A stretch of DNA of 64,000 nt from Pseudomonas aeruginosa PAO1 (lineage in GTDB: Bacteria; Pseudomonadota; Gammaproteobacteria; Pseudomonadales; Pseudomonadaceae): assembly GCF_000006765.1 (NCBI RefSeq), contig NC_002516.2. One strand, 5' to 3'. Under the pieces are notes generated by a model. The model was given only the letters and a program-made list of their open reading frames with translations, did not search any database and had not been told where the DNA came from. The first letter of the stretch is position 1, and every line of letters begins with the position of its first letter. A program made the translations under genes and the position numbers. Positions 29,501-38,548 of this stretch are shown here, piece by piece.

Positions 29501-32025
29501 GTGTTGGACTCCGTGTCGCTGTTGTGACTGCCCTTGCCCAGGATGCGTATCTGCACCGGGTCCATGGCCAGGTGTTGTTGCTTGGGTAAACGGCCCTGGC
29601 TGTCGGTCATCAGTTTCACCACACCACCATCGCCTCGTATCACTTCAACGGCGATATTGGGTAACGGCTCCAGCGTGGCTTCGTCGCGCAGGACATACCG
29701 GTCATCGAACGGTGTCGAATCCCAGGCGTTGAAGCTGGTCGATGCATGAGCGGGACCGACATGACTGTGCTTCGCCGCCTTGACCACGAAGTTGCCGGGC
29801 ATGCCCAGCTCGATGTTGCCGCCCTTGAGGGTCAGGTAGGCGCCGCCGCACATCAGGGTGATGTGCTCCTTCGCGGTGACCAGCACGTGCTGCTGGCTGG
29901 CGCTGACCTCCACGCTCTGCTCGGCCTCCAGGCGGATGTCGTTCTTCTGCGCCTGCAGCAGCATCGGCCCCTGGTGGGTGATCTGGCGCAGCTCGCCGCC
30001 CTGGGCGAACAGGCCGATGTCGCTGCCGGCGTTGATCACCACCTTCTGCCCGGCGGTCACCTGCTGGTTCTGCCGGGCCACGCTGTCGACGTGCTCGCCG
30101 GCGGCCAGGGTCAGGCTCGCCGGCGTCGCCGCGGCGATCCCTGCCGGACCGCTCAAGGCGATCGCCGGCTTGCCCCCGTTGCTCTTGCCGGACTCGTCGT
30201 TGGCGCCGTGGCCGAGGTCGCGCACGGCTTCCTGGAGGGTTTGCTGCGGCGCCGCGTCGTGCCCCACGCCCTGGTGCTCCCCGGCGTAGTCGCCCAGCTC
30301 GCGGGCCAGCTTCAGCGCCGCCTCCAGCACCTGCACCACGACGCCTCGGTCGAGATGGCCGGCGCCGGCCCTGAGCTGCTCCTCGGTGCTCAGCAGCAGC
30401 CCCTTGGCCGCACGCACCGCGCCATGTTCGTCGGTGCGCAGTTCGAAGCCCTCGCCGCGCGGCTTGCCGCCTTCGGGCCGGGGATGGGTCAGGTAGCCCA
30501 GGTGCAGCGCGCTGGCACCGTGGTCGCTCATCAGCGCCGCACTGATCTGCGCCGTGGTGTCGTCGATGCGCAGCTCGTTGGCCCGACTGCCCTTGTACTC
30601 CTTGCTCTTGATGGTGCTGAGGATCTTGTGGTCGGGCAGCGCGTAGGGCGGTCGGTTGGTCGCCCGGTAGGTGCGCCCGGTGACGATCGGCTGGTCGCAG
30701 TCGCCGTCCAGGTAATCGACGATCACCTCCTGGCCAATCCGCGGGATCGCCATGTGCCCCCAATCGGCACCTGCCCAGTTCTGCGCGACCCGTATCCAGC
30801 AGGTACTGAATTCATCGTGACGTCCCTCGCGATCCCAGGGGAACTGGACTTTCACCCGTCCCCACTCGTCGCAATGGATCTCTTCCCCTGCCGGGCCGAC
30901 TACCGTCGCGATCTGCGGACCATCGATACGTGGCCGAGGCAGCGGTGCGGGACGCCATTCGACGTCCTCGGGTACCAGTTCGGCGCGCAGGTCGTAGCTC
31001 ACCCCCAGAGGGGCGTCGGCGGACTCTTCCTCCTGGCCGGCATACTGGGTGCCGCGATGGACCACCCGCACCGGCCGCCACCAGGCGTTGAAGTCGGCAC
31101 GCGGATGACCTTCCAGGGCAAAGGCGTGGCCCGGGATCAGCCGCGGGTCGTCGCCGCTGACCGATGCCACCCGTGCATCGCGCCGATGTCCTCTGAGGCG
31201 GCTTTCGCTGAAAGGCCGGCCCGCGCCGCTCCGCTTGTAGCGACCGGGGTAGTCGTAGCGCTCGTAGGACGAGCCCTGATGCTCGAGCGCCTCGCCAGCG
31301 AGATGATGCTCCTGGTCGTAGGTCGGGCGCTTGAAGCTGTAGTCCCGCTGGGTCTGTCGAGCCGTACGAACATTTTCGCTGTAGCGGAAAGAATGAAGCA
31401 CCGGCTGCGGGTTGTCGCCCTCCGGCTGGGCGCTGAACAGTACCGGGCCGCCGGCGATACGCTCCTGGACGTAGAGCCGGTCGCTGCAGACCAGGGTGTG
31501 GCGGTGTTCGTCGAAGCGGAAGTAGTAGACCAGGCCTTCCTCGAAAGCCAGCCGGTCGTGCAGGTAGTGATCGCTGTCGCCGGCCTGCACGCAGTATTCG
31601 CGCGGCAGGTGCTCATGGTAGATGCGCTGTTCGTAGTCGAGCACCCGGTGTTCCTTGAGCAGCGCCTGGAGAATCTCCGGAACACTCTTCTCCTGGAAGA
31701 TCCGCCAGTTGCAGCACAGCTCCAGGCGCGCCAACTGCGGTTCCAGCAGCAGTTCGTAGCGGGTCCGGCGAAAACCCGAGCTGCCCTGGGTGAAGTGGCT
31801 GACGATGCCATGGACGTAGCGGGCCGGACGGCCGTCCTGCCAGAGGGTGAAGGTGCCCGGCTGGTCGAGTACCTGCCTGAAATCGATGGCGTTCTTGTCG
31901 CTGGCCAGCTTCAGGTTCAGGCGGAAAGGCTCGCAGAGCGCTTCTTCCAGTTCGAACTCGACGACATCGAACGCGAGTTTCCCTTCGCCGACGACGAAGG
32001 TGAATTTCAGGTCCCTTTGACGCAT
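29497..32025 (-). CDS. vgrG2a: VgrG spike protein with DUF2345 and a C-terminal TTR-like extension
   Basis: Start reset to MRQRDLKF; QAGDSD, YDYPG, GRVKVQFPWDR, WIRV, PRIGQEVIVDYLDGDCDQP, NELRIDD. Confidence 0.92.
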   Translation of the reverse strand: MRQRDLKFTFVVGEGKLAFDVVEFELEEALCEPFRLNLKLASDKNAIDFRQVLDQPGTFTLWQDGRPARYVHGIVSHFTQGSSGFRRTRYELLLEPQLARLELCCNWRIFQEKSVPEILQALLKEHRVLDYEQRIYHEHLPREYCVQAGDSDHYLHDRLAFEEGLVYYFRFDEHRHTLVCSDRLYVQERIAGGPVLFSAQPEGDNPQPVLHSFRYSENVRTARQTQRDYSFKRPTYDQEHHLAGEALEHQGSSYERYDYPGRYKRSGAGRPFSESRLRGHRRDARVASVSGDDPRLIPGHAFALEGHPRADFNAWWRPVRVVHRGTQYAGQEEESADAPLGVSYDLRAELVPEDVEWRPAPLPRPRIDGPQIATVVGPAGEEIHCDEWGRVKVQFPWDREGRHDEFSTCWIRVAQNWAGADWGHMAIPRIGQEVIVDYLDGDCDQPIVTGRTYRATNRPPYALPDHKILSTIKSKEYKGSRANELRIDDTTAQISAALMSDHGASALHLGYLTHPRPEGGKPRGEGFELRTDEHGAVRAAKGLLLSTEEQLRAGAGHLDRGVVVQVLEAALKLARELGDYAGEHQGVGHDAAPQQTLQEAVRDLGHGANDESGKSNGGKPAIALSGPAGIAAATPASLTLAAGEHVDSVARQNQQVTAGQKVVINAGSDIGLFAQGGELRQITHQGPMLLQAQKNDIRLEAEQSVEVSASQQHVLVTAKEHITLMCGGAYLTLKGGNIELGMPGNFVVKAAKHSHVGPAHASTSFNAWDSTPFDDRYVLRDEATLEPLPNIAVEVIRGDGGVVKLMTDSQGRLPKQQHLAMDPVQIRILGKGSHNSDTESNT

Positions 32026-32206
32026 GGATCGTTCCTTGTTCCTGGCGGGCGGTTCCTCCCCCATCCGTTGGAGAAGCGAGCCCCACGTTACTCTTGCTCA
32101 GCCGCTGCCGAAAGTCTTGGCTCGGTGTCTATTTCGCGAAGTAGCGGACATTTTCGGCTCGACGGAGAACCGGCCGCACAGGTGTACGACCGGTGTGCCT
32201 GTCAAC

Positions 32207-32725
32207 TCACCCTGCCACCGGCGAGCGCCAGTCGTCGGAGCCGGAGGTGCCGGAGACTTCGTGGGTCCAGGTGATCTTGCGGTAGGTGAAGTGCACGTCT
32301 TCCAGGTGGGTGAAGTGGGCGTTGCCCGGGTCCTGGCAGTTGTGCATGTAGTCCTTGATGTCGACGATGATCGCGTCTTCCAGGACGGTGGTGTAGTAGT
32401 GCTCCTGGGTGCCGGCGGCGGAGGTGCGGTACCACTGGATCTCGACCTTGGTCAGGCGCTCGCCGGAGGTCAGGGCGGCCAGCAGCAGCGGCGAGGCCTT
32501 GTCGAAGACCTTGGTGATGACCACCGGCTTGTGCACGCGCTGGCCGGTCGGCTGGCCGGACTGCGGGTCGCGCGGGATGATCACTTCGTGGTTGAAGCCC
32601 TGGACCATCACCTGGTCCTCGTGGCCTTCCTGGTAGGTGTTGCCGACCGAATCCTCGGTGAAGGCGCCGGCGGTGATCAGGCCCTGCTTGGTGCCGGTGA
32701 TGGACATATAGGCGGGGGTTGCCAT
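32207..32725 (-). CDS. hcpA: Hcp tube protein (H2-T6SS type)
   Basis: MATPAYMSITGTKQG, SGQPTGQRVHKP, FTYRKITW. Confidence 0.95.
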   Translation of the reverse strand: MATPAYMSITGTKQGLITAGAFTEDSVGNTYQEGHEDQVMVQGFNHEVIIPRDPQSGQPTGQRVHKPVVITKVFDKASPLLLAALTSGERLTKVEIQWYRTSAAGTQEHYYTTVLEDAIIVDIKDYMHNCQDPGNAHFTHLEDVHFTYRKITWTHEVSGTSGSDDWRSPVAG

Positions 32726-32783
32726 GGATACGTTCCTTGTCGTTGAAAGTGCCCAGGCGATATGCCGGGGGCATCGGTGCTAG

Positions 32784-32798
32784 ACAAGAACCGTGCCA
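32784..32798 (-). promoter_or_regulatory. Sigma54-type promoter upstream of hcp
   Basis: Minus strand TGGCACGGTTCTTGT: perfect -24 element, -12 element TTGT instead of TTGC. Confidence 0.6.
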
Positions 32799-32884
32799 CT
32801 AGTCTTGAAACTCTTTTCCATCAAGGCGTTATTGGGGGAAGCCAAAAATTCGCTGGCGATTCTCATGGGAAGAACACTGAAAAT

Positions 32885-32995
32885 TGCGCAACTTTTTGCG
32901 CACCGCTTGCAAAAAGTTGCGCACTCTCTCGGAGCCCTTTGGGTATTTGTTCCCTAGCGTTCTATCCACAACGTTATCAACCAAAAAGTTGCACA
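32885..32995. promoter_or_regulatory. Candidate enhancer (UAS) repeats for a sigma54 activator
   Basis: Perfect 15-bp inverted repeat TGCGCAACTTTTTGC (32885-32899) / GCAAAAAGTTGCGCA (32909-32923); third copy CAAAAAGTTGCACA (32982-32995). Confidence 0.55.
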
Positions 32996-33112
32996 GTTCT
33001 TCATTGGCAAGGTAGGCGAAGATAGCGCCGCACGGTTTCGTTCCATCGGCCCAGGGTGAAGGAAAGTGAGTTATCGGAGAGGTTGGGGGCTGAAAGATAT
33101 GGCCAGTTATGG

Positions 33113-33142
33113 CCAAAAGCCCTCTATGGAGAGGGCTTTTGG
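33113..33142. terminator. Intrinsic terminator downstream of puuD
   Basis: CCAAAAGCCCTCT-ATGG-AGAGGGCTTTTGG. Confidence 0.8.
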
Positions 33143-33210
33143 GGTAGGGCCAGCAGGGTTGTTCTGCTGCGGGGAACCGGAGGTGCGGTTCTTAGCCTTT
33201 CGGCCAAGGC

Positions 33211-34488
33211 TCAGTTGATCTGTGCGCCCTTGGCGATCCAGCTGCCGATCAGGTTGCGTTCTTCCTGGGTCATCTGCGTGATGTTGCCCAGCGGCATGAT
33301 CTGCGAGGCCACGGCCTGGGCCTGGATCTTCGGTGCCAGTTGCTGGATCTGCTGCGGGGTGTCGAGCATGATCCCGCCTGGCGCGGTGCTGAACAGCTGG
33401 CTGGTCGGTTTCGCCGAGTGGCAGACGGTGCAGCGCTCCTGAATCACGTGATGGACCTTGTCGAAGTCGGCTCCGCTCGCGGCCCCGGCATTGGAGGCCT
33501 GGGTCGCGGCGGGCGCGGCTGGTGCGTCGCCGCCGGTCGCCGGTTGTGCCGGTGCCGCCGCCGGGGTGCTGGCCAGCGGTGCGGAAGCCTGCTGGTAGTT
33601 CGGCGTGGTGACGAAGGCCAGGGCGATCATGCCCAGCGCGCCGGCGGGCAGTGCCCAGGCGAAGCGGTTGCTTTCGTGGCGGGTGTTGAAGTAGTGGCGT
33701 ACCAGTACCGCGAGCACCGCGATGGCGGCCAGGATCAGCCAGTTGTACTGGCTGCCGTAGGTGCTCGGGAAGTGGTTGCTGATCATGATGAACAGCACCG
33801 GCAGGGTGAAGTAGTTGTTGTGCCGGGAGCGCAGCAGGCCCTTGGCCGGCAGCACCGGATCGGGCTCGCGGTTTTCTTCGATGGCTTTCACCAGCGCGCG
33901 CTGGGCCGGCATGATCACCCTGAACACGTTGCCGACCATGATGGTGCCGATGATCGCGCCGACGTGCAGGTAGGCGCCGCGGCCGCTGAACACCTGGGTC
34001 AGGCCGTAGGCGGCGGCGACCAGCAGGACGAACAGGACCAGGCCGAGCAGGGCAGGGGTCTTGCCCAGCGCCGAATCGCAGAGGATGGTGTAGACGAACC
34101 AGCCGCAGACCAGCGAACCGATACCGATGGCGATGGCCGCCGCCGGCGCCAGGTCGCTGCCGGGGGCGATCAGGTAGAGGGTCGGGTTCAGGTAGAACAC
34201 GATGGTCAGCAACACCACCCCGGACATCCAGGTGGAGTAGGCCTCCCATTTGAACCAGTGCAGGTTCTCCGGCATTTTCGGCGGAGCCAGCTTGTACTTC
34301 TCCAGGTGGTAGATGCCGCCACCGTGGATTGCCCAGAGGTCTCCGGACAGGCCTTCACGCGGGTTGCTGCGGTTGAGGTTGTTCTCCAGCCAGACGAAAT
34401 AGAACGAAGCGCCGATCCACGCGATCCCGACGATCATGTGAATCCAGCGCACCAGCAGGTTCAGCCATTCGATGAGATGTGCTTCCAC
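33211..34488 (-). CDS. puuD: Membrane urate hydroxylase with C-terminal cytochrome c
   Basis: WLNLLVRWIHMIVGIAWIGASFYF, IHGGG.YH, WFKWEAY, SRHNNYFTLP and heme motif CTVCH; sits in the purine cluster. Confidence 0.85.
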   Translation of the reverse strand: MEAHLIEWLNLLVRWIHMIVGIAWIGASFYFVWLENNLNRSNPREGLSGDLWAIHGGGIYHLEKYKLAPPKMPENLHWFKWEAYSTWMSGVVLLTIVFYLNPTLYLIAPGSDLAPAAAIAIGIGSLVCGWFVYTILCDSALGKTPALLGLVLFVLLVAAAYGLTQVFSGRGAYLHVGAIIGTIMVGNVFRVIMPAQRALVKAIEENREPDPVLPAKGLLRSRHNNYFTLPVLFIMISNHFPSTYGSQYNWLILAAIAVLAVLVRHYFNTRHESNRFAWALPAGALGMIALAFVTTPNYQQASAPLASTPAAAPAQPATGGDAPAAPAATQASNAGAASGADFDKVHHVIQERCTVCHSAKPTSQLFSTAPGGIMLDTPQQIQQLAPKIQAQAVASQIMPLGNITQMTQEERNLIGSWIAKGAQIN

Positions 34489-34536
34489 AGTCTTGTACCT
34501 CTTGCCCTGGCCGGCGGACCGGCGGCAGGACCTCTC

Positions 34537-35046
34537 TTATTGGTTTGATTGGGGGTCGAGGAGGAGCTGTTCGTCCTCGGTGAAGAAATGCTCGTCGCAG
34601 TTGTTCCCGGAACCGCTGCGATCGACCACCAGGAAGTCATCCCGCTTTTCGATCGTCAGCACCGGATGGTGCCAGACGCCGCGGTGGTAATTGACGCCCT
34701 GCCTTCCGTTGGTCAGGAAGGCGCGGACGAGGCCCGGTACAGGTACATCGCCAAGTGGCGCGACCACGACCAGAAAGGGGTTGCCGAGCAGCGGGATGAA
34801 GGCCTGGCTGCCCAGCGGATGGCGTTCCAGCATGCGGATGCGCAACGGCATTTCCAGCTTCTCGGCGCTGAAGATGCTGATGATCGCGTTATCTTCCGGC
34901 TGCGCGGTCTCGACCGTGGCCAGCTTGTGATAACGGCGGGTGGAGCCGTTGTTGATCATGAAATAGTCGCTGCCGGCGGTTTCGATCACGTCACCGAACG
35001 GGGCGAAGGCTTCCTTGGTCAACGGCTCGATCTTGAGAGTGCGCAT
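34537..35046 (-). CDS. allA: Ureidoglycolate lyase
   Basis: LTKEAFAPFGDVI, MLERHPLGSQAFIP, GVNYHRGVWHHP. Confidence 0.92.
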   Translation of the reverse strand: MRTLKIEPLTKEAFAPFGDVIETAGSDYFMINNGSTRRYHKLATVETAQPEDNAIISIFSAEKLEMPLRIRMLERHPLGSQAFIPLLGNPFLVVVAPLGDVPVPGLVRAFLTNGRQGVNYHRGVWHHPVLTIEKRDDFLVVDRSGSGNNCDEHFFTEDEQLLLDPQSNQ

Positions 35047-35100
35047 ACTGATCCTGTCGATTCTGTTTGTTGTATTCCGGACGCACGCGGGGCCCGGGTC

Positions 35101-36099
35101 TCACGGTAATTGTGGCCTGCCGAACAGGCGCAGGCGGCTGACGCCGCCGTCGGGAAAGATGTTCAGGCGTACATGGGTGATCGGGCCGAGGGCGTTGAGG
35201 TGCCGCTCGAACCGATGTTCCTGGTGCATTTCCAGCTTCTGCGCTGGCAGCAGCTCGCGCCAGAAGAGGCTCTGCGCCTCGATCCGGGCCTCGTTCCCGC
35301 CTTCCACGAAGGCGGCCTGGATGCTGCAGCTTTCCGGATAGTTGCCCTTGAAGTGCAAGGTATCGACGACCGCCGCCTCGATGCTGCCGGGATGGCCGAG
35401 GGCGACGATCACCCAGTCGTGGCCCGGCGTGCGGCGGCGGCCGGTTTCCCAGCCGTCGCCCATGTTGATGGCACGTCCGGGGTTGAGCAGGTTGCCCATG
35501 CGTCCGAAATGCTGGTCGGAGCAGGCCAGCGCCCGGCCGCCGTTGACCGCTGCGGCCAGGTCGAGCGCCGTTCCCGGCGGCTGGTTGCTCCAGTCGCGGT
35601 AGGGCACGCCATAGAGGCGCAGGCGGGCGATACCTCCGTCCGGGTAGATGTTCAGGCGCAGGTGGGTCCAGGGACGTTCGTCGTCTATCGGGTGGTAGTG
35701 ATGGCTATCGCCCTGCAGCCCCACCGCCGCCAGCACTTCGCTCCAGGACGTGCTGTCGTCCGGGTCGCCTTCGGCGCAGAAGCAGCCATCCAGGGAAGCC
35801 GCCGGCGGATGGTTGCCGGTGAAGAAGCGGGTGTCGATGTCGACGCCCTTCAGCACGCCCGGCACACCCAGGCGGATCACCGCCTGGTCATGGCCCTCGA
35901 AGCGCTTGCGGCGGGTTTCCCAGCCGTCCATCCACTTGCCGCTGTCGTCGAATACGCCTTCCTTCCACACCGGTTCGCCGGCCTGCAGCATGCGGCTGGC
36001 CGGGGCGAACCATTCGTCGCTGACGGCGACCACCTGGCTGCCCAGGCGTGCGTCGGCGAGGTCGAGGTAGTGGCGGAAGGGCGAGTGTTCGGCGTTCAT
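35101..36099 (-). CDS. alc: Allantoicase
   Basis: Start reset to MNAEHSPF; duplicated DGWET.RRR and RLNI.PDGG..RLR motifs. Confidence 0.93.
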
Positions 36100-36116
36100 G
36101 CTCGTATCCGCAGGCC

Positions 36117-36632
36117 TCAGAGCTGCTGCAGGCGGAACAGGGCGATCTTGTTGATCTCGGCCAGCGCGGTAGCGAACTCCTCGTCGGCGGAGTGCTGGAT
36201 GCGTTCCTCGAAGGCCGCCAGGATCTGATGGCGGTTGCTGCCCTTCACCGCCTTGATGAAGGGGAAGCCGAACCTGGCCTTGTAGGCGTCGTTGAGTTCG
36301 GTGAAGCGGGCGAACTCCTCGGCGCTGCATTCGTGAATCCCGGCGCCGGCCTGCTCGGAGGTGCTGGAGGCGGTCAGTTCGCCACGGATCGCCGCCTTGC
36401 CGGCGAGGTCCGGGTGGGCGTTGATCAGCGCCAGCTGGGCCTCGCGGCTTGCCGACAGGAGAATGTCGGCCATGCGCTGGTGCAGGCCCTCGATATCGTT
36501 GAGGCTGTCGTCGATACCCAGGTCATAGGCCTTCTCGGCGACCCAGGGGGAGTGTTCGTAGATGTCGGCGAAGGCTTCGATGAAGGCCTCGCGGGACAGC
36601 GAGGCGGGGGTCAGGGTCTGGAAACGGCTCAT
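36117..36632 (-). CDS. uraD: OHCU decarboxylase
   Basis: [34 protein letters not shown]. Confidence 0.92.
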
Positions 36633-37555
36633 GCCTCGGTCTCCTGGAAAGGATGCTCACGGTGCCAATGGCGGGCGATGTCTTCGCGGCGGGCGAACCA
36701 GACCTTGTCGTGGCTCTGCGCGTACTGGATGAAGCGCTCCAGGGCGGCCATCCGCGCCGGGCGACCGATCAACCGGCAATGCAGGCCGATGGAGAGCATC
36801 TTCGGCGCCGTTGCGCCTTCTTCGTAGAGCACGTCGAAGGCGTCCTTCAGGTACTGGAAGAACTGCTCGCCATTGTTGAAGCCCTGCACCTGGGTGAAGC
36901 GCATGTCGTTGGTGTCCAGGGTATAGGGAATCACCAGGTGCGGTTTCTCCGCGGTGCTGGCCGGGTCCCAGTAGGGCAGGTCGTCGTCGTAGGTGTCGGA
37001 GTCATAGAGGAAGCCGCCTTCCTCCATCACCAGGCGCCGGGTGTTCGGGCCGGTGCGTCCGGTGTACCAGCCCACCGGGCGCTGGCCGGTGAGTTCGGTG
37101 AGGATGCGGATGGCTTCGAGCATGTGCTCGCGCTCCTGGGCCTCGTCCATGTACTGGTAGTCGATCCAGCGGTAGCCGTGGCTGCAGATTTCGTGGCCGT
37201 CGGCGACCATCGCCCTGATCACCTCAGGGTTGCGCTGCGCCGCCATGGCCACGGCGAACACGGTGAGCGGCACGTTGCGTCGCTTGAACAGCTTGAGCAG
37301 GCGCCAGACCCCGGCGCGGCTGCCGTATTCGTAGAGCGATTCCATGCTCATGTGGCGCACGCCCTGCAAGGGCTGGGCAGCCACCATCTCGGAAAGGAAC
37401 GCCTCGGACTCCTTGTCGCCATGCAGGACGCAGCGCTCGCCACCTTCTTCGTAATTGAGCACGAAGGACAGGGCGATGCGGGCATCGCCGGGCCAGTGAG
37501 GGTGGGGAGGGTTGTTGCCGTATCCGATCAGGTCGCGTGGGTAGTCAGCGCTCAC
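36629..37555 (-). CDS. puuE: PuuE-type allantoinase (polysaccharide deacetylase fold)
   Basis: GTG start MSADYPRDLIGY; NYEEGGE, ES.YEYGSRAG, HGYRWI, GWYTGR, GLHCRLIGRP. Confidence 0.92.
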   Translation of the reverse strand: MSADYPRDLIGYGNNPPHPHWPGDARIALSFVLNYEEGGERCVLHGDKESEAFLSEMVAAQPLQGVRHMSMESLYEYGSRAGVWRLLKLFKRRNVPLTVFAVAMAAQRNPEVIRAMVADGHEICSHGYRWIDYQYMDEAQEREHMLEAIRILTELTGQRPVGWYTGRTGPNTRRLVMEEGGFLYDSDTYDDDLPYWDPASTAEKPHLVIPYTLDTNDMRFTQVQGFNNGEQFFQYLKDAFDVLYEEGATAPKMLSIGLHCRLIGRPARMAALERFIQYAQSHDKVWFARREDIARHWHREHPFQETEA

Positions 37556-37620
37556 AGCAGTGTTCCTTATTGTGGATGGGGCGGCGGGCCGGACGGGCCG
37601 GGGATGCCGTGATGGATTTA

Positions 37621-37812
37621 TTGTATACAAGTTTGCCTGCGGTCTGTAAATACAATCCTGCTTGCCGATCCCTGCCATTCATCCAGCAAAAAACCTGCCC
37701 GACTGGTCAGTTAGCGAAGAATGAGGCCCTGCGGGGTGGGGCTTGTGGAAGGAATGCCCGATTTCGGGGCGGCTGCCGCATTTTCGGTTGTGGCGGTGTT
37801 TTTTGTATACAA
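37621..37812. promoter_or_regulatory. Divergent puuE / uraH promoter region with operator boxes
   Basis: Perfect TTGTATACAA at 37621 and 37803; partial RutR-type box CTGCCCGACTGGTCAG at 37695-37710. Confidence 0.65.
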
Positions 37813-37954
37813 TTCATCGAAGGATAACTTATATTGCTTCGCAAGCGGCTCCCTGGCGGGCTGCAAGCGAGCGGCGCCGGGCAGGTCCCGGAGCGATCCC
37901 CATCGAACGAAGGCAAGAGGAGGAGTGGTGTCCGCCAGCGGGCGCCCGCAACCC

Positions 37955-38308
37955 ATGGGACGTTTGACCACGCATGTACTGGATTCCGCACATGGCTGCC
38001 CCGGCCATGGCATCAAGATCGAGCTGTACCGGGTGGAAGGCCAGCAACTGGAACTGATCGCCACCACCCTGACCAACCACGACGGCCGCTGCGACCAGCC
38101 GGTGCTGCAAGGCGAGGACTTCCGTCCCGGGGTCTATCAACTGGTGTTCAACGCCGGCGACTACTATCGCGCCCGCGGCGTGCAATTGCCGGAGCCGGCC
38201 TTCCTCGACCAGGTGGTGCTGCGTTTCGGCATCGCCTCCGCCGACGATCACTACCACGTGCCGCTGCTGATCTCGCCCTACAGCTATTCGACCTATCGCG
38301 GCAGCTAG
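37955..38308 (+). CDS. uraH: 5-hydroxyisourate hydrolase (transthyretin-like)
   Basis: MGRLTTHVLD, TN.DGR, HYHVPLL.SPYSYSTYRGS; alternative in-frame GTG start at 37928. Confidence 0.93.
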   Translation: MGRLTTHVLDSAHGCPGHGIKIELYRVEGQQLELIATTLTNHDGRCDQPVLQGEDFRPGVYQLVFNAGDYYRARGVQLPEPAFLDQVVLRFGIASADDHYHVPLLISPYSYSTYRGS

Positions 38309-38350
38309 GTGCGTGCCACGAAACACTGACTCTCCGAGTCCTTTTCCCTG

Positions 38351-38375
38351 GCCCGCCATCGAGCGGGCTTTTTTT
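38351..38375 (+). terminator. Intrinsic terminator after uraH
   Basis: GCCCGC-N6-GCGGGC followed by TTTTTTT. Confidence 0.8.
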
Positions 38376-38509
38376 CGTTCGCGGGGAGTGCGCCGAGGGT
38401 TGCCGGTTATCCGCCACTCGTGGGCAGGAAGGGAAATGCGGCGCAGGGTACGAATGGGCGGGGGATGAAGCTGCGCGTCGCGAGCCCTGCGGGGCAACGA
38501 CAGGTTCGA

Positions 38510-38537
38510 GGCGGATAGCCGCGTGCGGCCATCCGCC
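38510..38537. repeat. Pseudomonas REP-like palindrome
   Basis: GGCGGATAGCCGC-GT-GCGGCCATCCGCC; related half copy CGGTTATCCGCC at 38404-38415. Confidence 0.55.
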
Positions 38538-38548
38538 ATCCGGGCGGG

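Noticed and set aside
25930-33112. Possible terminal inverted repeat of the T6SS island (CCATAGAACTGGC versus the reverse complement of GCCAGTTATGG)
   Set aside because: Only 11 matches with a 2-nt gap, and no recombinase; compatible with chance
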